From NCBI GenBank assembly GCA_964247055.1, contig OZ176055.1, positions 62,001 to 126,000 on the forward strand: a DNA stretch of 64,000 nt, written 5' to 3'. This document shows, in pieces, positions 63,284 through 64,000 of the stretch. The notes under the pieces were generated by a model, which saw only the letters and a program-made list of their open reading frames with translations, made no database searches and had not been told where the DNA came from. Position numbers and translations under genes: made by a program. The stretch's first letter is position 1; every line of letters starts with the position of its first letter. The DNA comes from Paragordius varius (Eukaryota > Animalia > Nematomorpha).

Positions 63284-63843
63284 TATAGGATTGGTATGCG
63301 GAGAAAGCTTAAAAATATAAAGACAAATATTTTTTTCTAAAAGACAATAACCATACTTTTCAAAACCTTAATTTTTGTCATATAAGCTATTTAGTTACAT
63401 TTGTAAAATATAGAATTAATTGTGTTAGTAATATATATCTAACTATTTCACACTTTGCCATTTAGAACAATGAGATTTCCATTGATATAATAAATCTAAA
63501 TTTAAAAAGTATGGGATTGTTTTAAAAAAAATATTTGTCTATATATTTTTACGTTTTGTCCGTACGTATAATTTCAATTTATAGGATTGGTATGCTGAGA
63601 AAGAACCTGATAAGATGAATCGAATGTATTTTAGCACACAAATGCCATTTATACTCAACGATATGTGTCAACAAAATGTATAAATATGATTTTTAAAACT
63701 AATTTTTAAAATTTTATTTAAATGAAATTTATGTGTGATGCTTTTTTAGATTAAAGTTTCTGAACAAGTGAGCCAAAGTTTGACTTCTAAAGTCGTACAT
63801 CTTTTGGTTAATCAAATGAGCGACTTTTCTCATTACTATACGG
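57906..63843 (+). CDS. EXOC3: Exocyst complex component 3 (Sec6); 3'-partial
   Basis: Exons 57906-58067, 58099-58155 (RPDQLDKVEQY), 58185-58297, 58321-58411, 58664-58770 (MENLKHIFNVPE), 59166-59250, 59836-60098 (DPTLVVTMVRIIEREE...GFRPPGRPK), 60908-61013 (WLVKHLE), 61290-61373 (CFPQHYNIF), 61831-61904, 62854-62949, 63094-63160, 63585-63677, 63750-63843. The gene continues past the window. Confidence 0.95.
60100..60545 (+). repeat. Diverged ~230-bp intronic tandem duplication
   Basis: aagaggggg...aactaaatatcat...ttttatttgtaaattat(g/a)tcaaatttgattagaatt occurs twice in tandem. Confidence 0.7.
61443..61801. mobile_element. Family F copy in an EXOC3 intron
   Basis: TA|CCATTTACAAT left end; about 7 right-arm 21-bp units; degenerate right end. 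Confidence 0.75.
62305..62603. mobile_element. Tc1/mariner-type MITE family A, representative intact copy (~280-300 bp, TA TSD)
   Basis: TA|CAGTAAAAATTGAAATTATACGGA...TCCGTATAATTTCAATTTTTACTG|TA with ~90-bp TIRs. About 30 full or partial copies in the window, e.g. 3123-3386, 21127-21404, from 29016, ~30915-31182, ~33080-33350, ~35382-35676, 36523-36802, ~41668-41948, ~46078-46401, 52383-52631, ~57250-57479, ~60580-60880. Superfamily inferred from CAGT ends and the TA target. Confidence 0.85.
63246..63282. repeat. (TA)n microsatellite directly upstream of a decoy EXOC3 acceptor
   Basis: About 18 TA units ending just before CTATAG|GATTGG. Confidence 0.9.
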
Positions 63844-64000
63844 GTAAGATTTTTGAGTTTTAGATAATGAAAATGAAATAAAATATCTAATGTCATACTT
63901 CTTTATGTTTAAATTTGTCAATCTTTATGTGTATTTAATGGTCGCATGGGTTTGAAATTTGAAAAATTTTTGTGTGCCTGGGAATATATTTTATTATTAA

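Noticed and set aside
1-64000. tRNA, rRNA, snRNA or SL RNA genes, telomeric repeats, non-standard genetic code
   Set aside because: No A/B-box cloverleaf, rRNA-like or telomeric arrays were seen by eye, and conserved proteins translate correctly with the standard code. A tRNAscan/Infernal run would be needed to exclude small RNAs fully.
1-64000. Naming the source organism
   Set aside because: AT richness, tiny introns and divergent proteins suggest a fast-evolving invertebrate, but no diagnostic marker is present in the window.

Overview
Very AT-rich animal (invertebrate-type) genomic DNA with the standard genetic code; the species cannot be identified from sequence alone. I reconstructed by hand five conserved spliced genes: DIP2 (+, 44 exons, 1445-33871, 5' end outside the window), oligoribonuclease REXO2 (-), a ZDHHC9/14/18-type palmitoyltransferase (+), a secreted GH56 hyaluronidase (-) and exocyst EXOC3/Sec6 (+, runs off the end). 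DIP2 intron 11 holds a ~9.2 kb foreign block flanked by diverged ~600-bp direct repeats; it carries a 5' fragment of CDK2 cut inside exon 3 and an unidentified multi-exon gene, possibly GH38-like. Introns are bimodal: obligatory 23-40 nt introns coexist with longer ones filled by palindromic MITEs (a CAGT/TA family, about 30 copies; a foldback family with 21-bp tandem arrays, at least 10 copies; TTAA and hAT types) and two RTE-like LINE remnants, one with a twin-priming-type inversion. A recurring oddity is duplication of intron-exon acceptor junctions that leaves upstream decoy acceptors, including a ~10-unit 140-bp array in ZDHHC. No tRNA, rRNA or CRISPR was found. Coordinates were read by eye; repeat ends are approximate.
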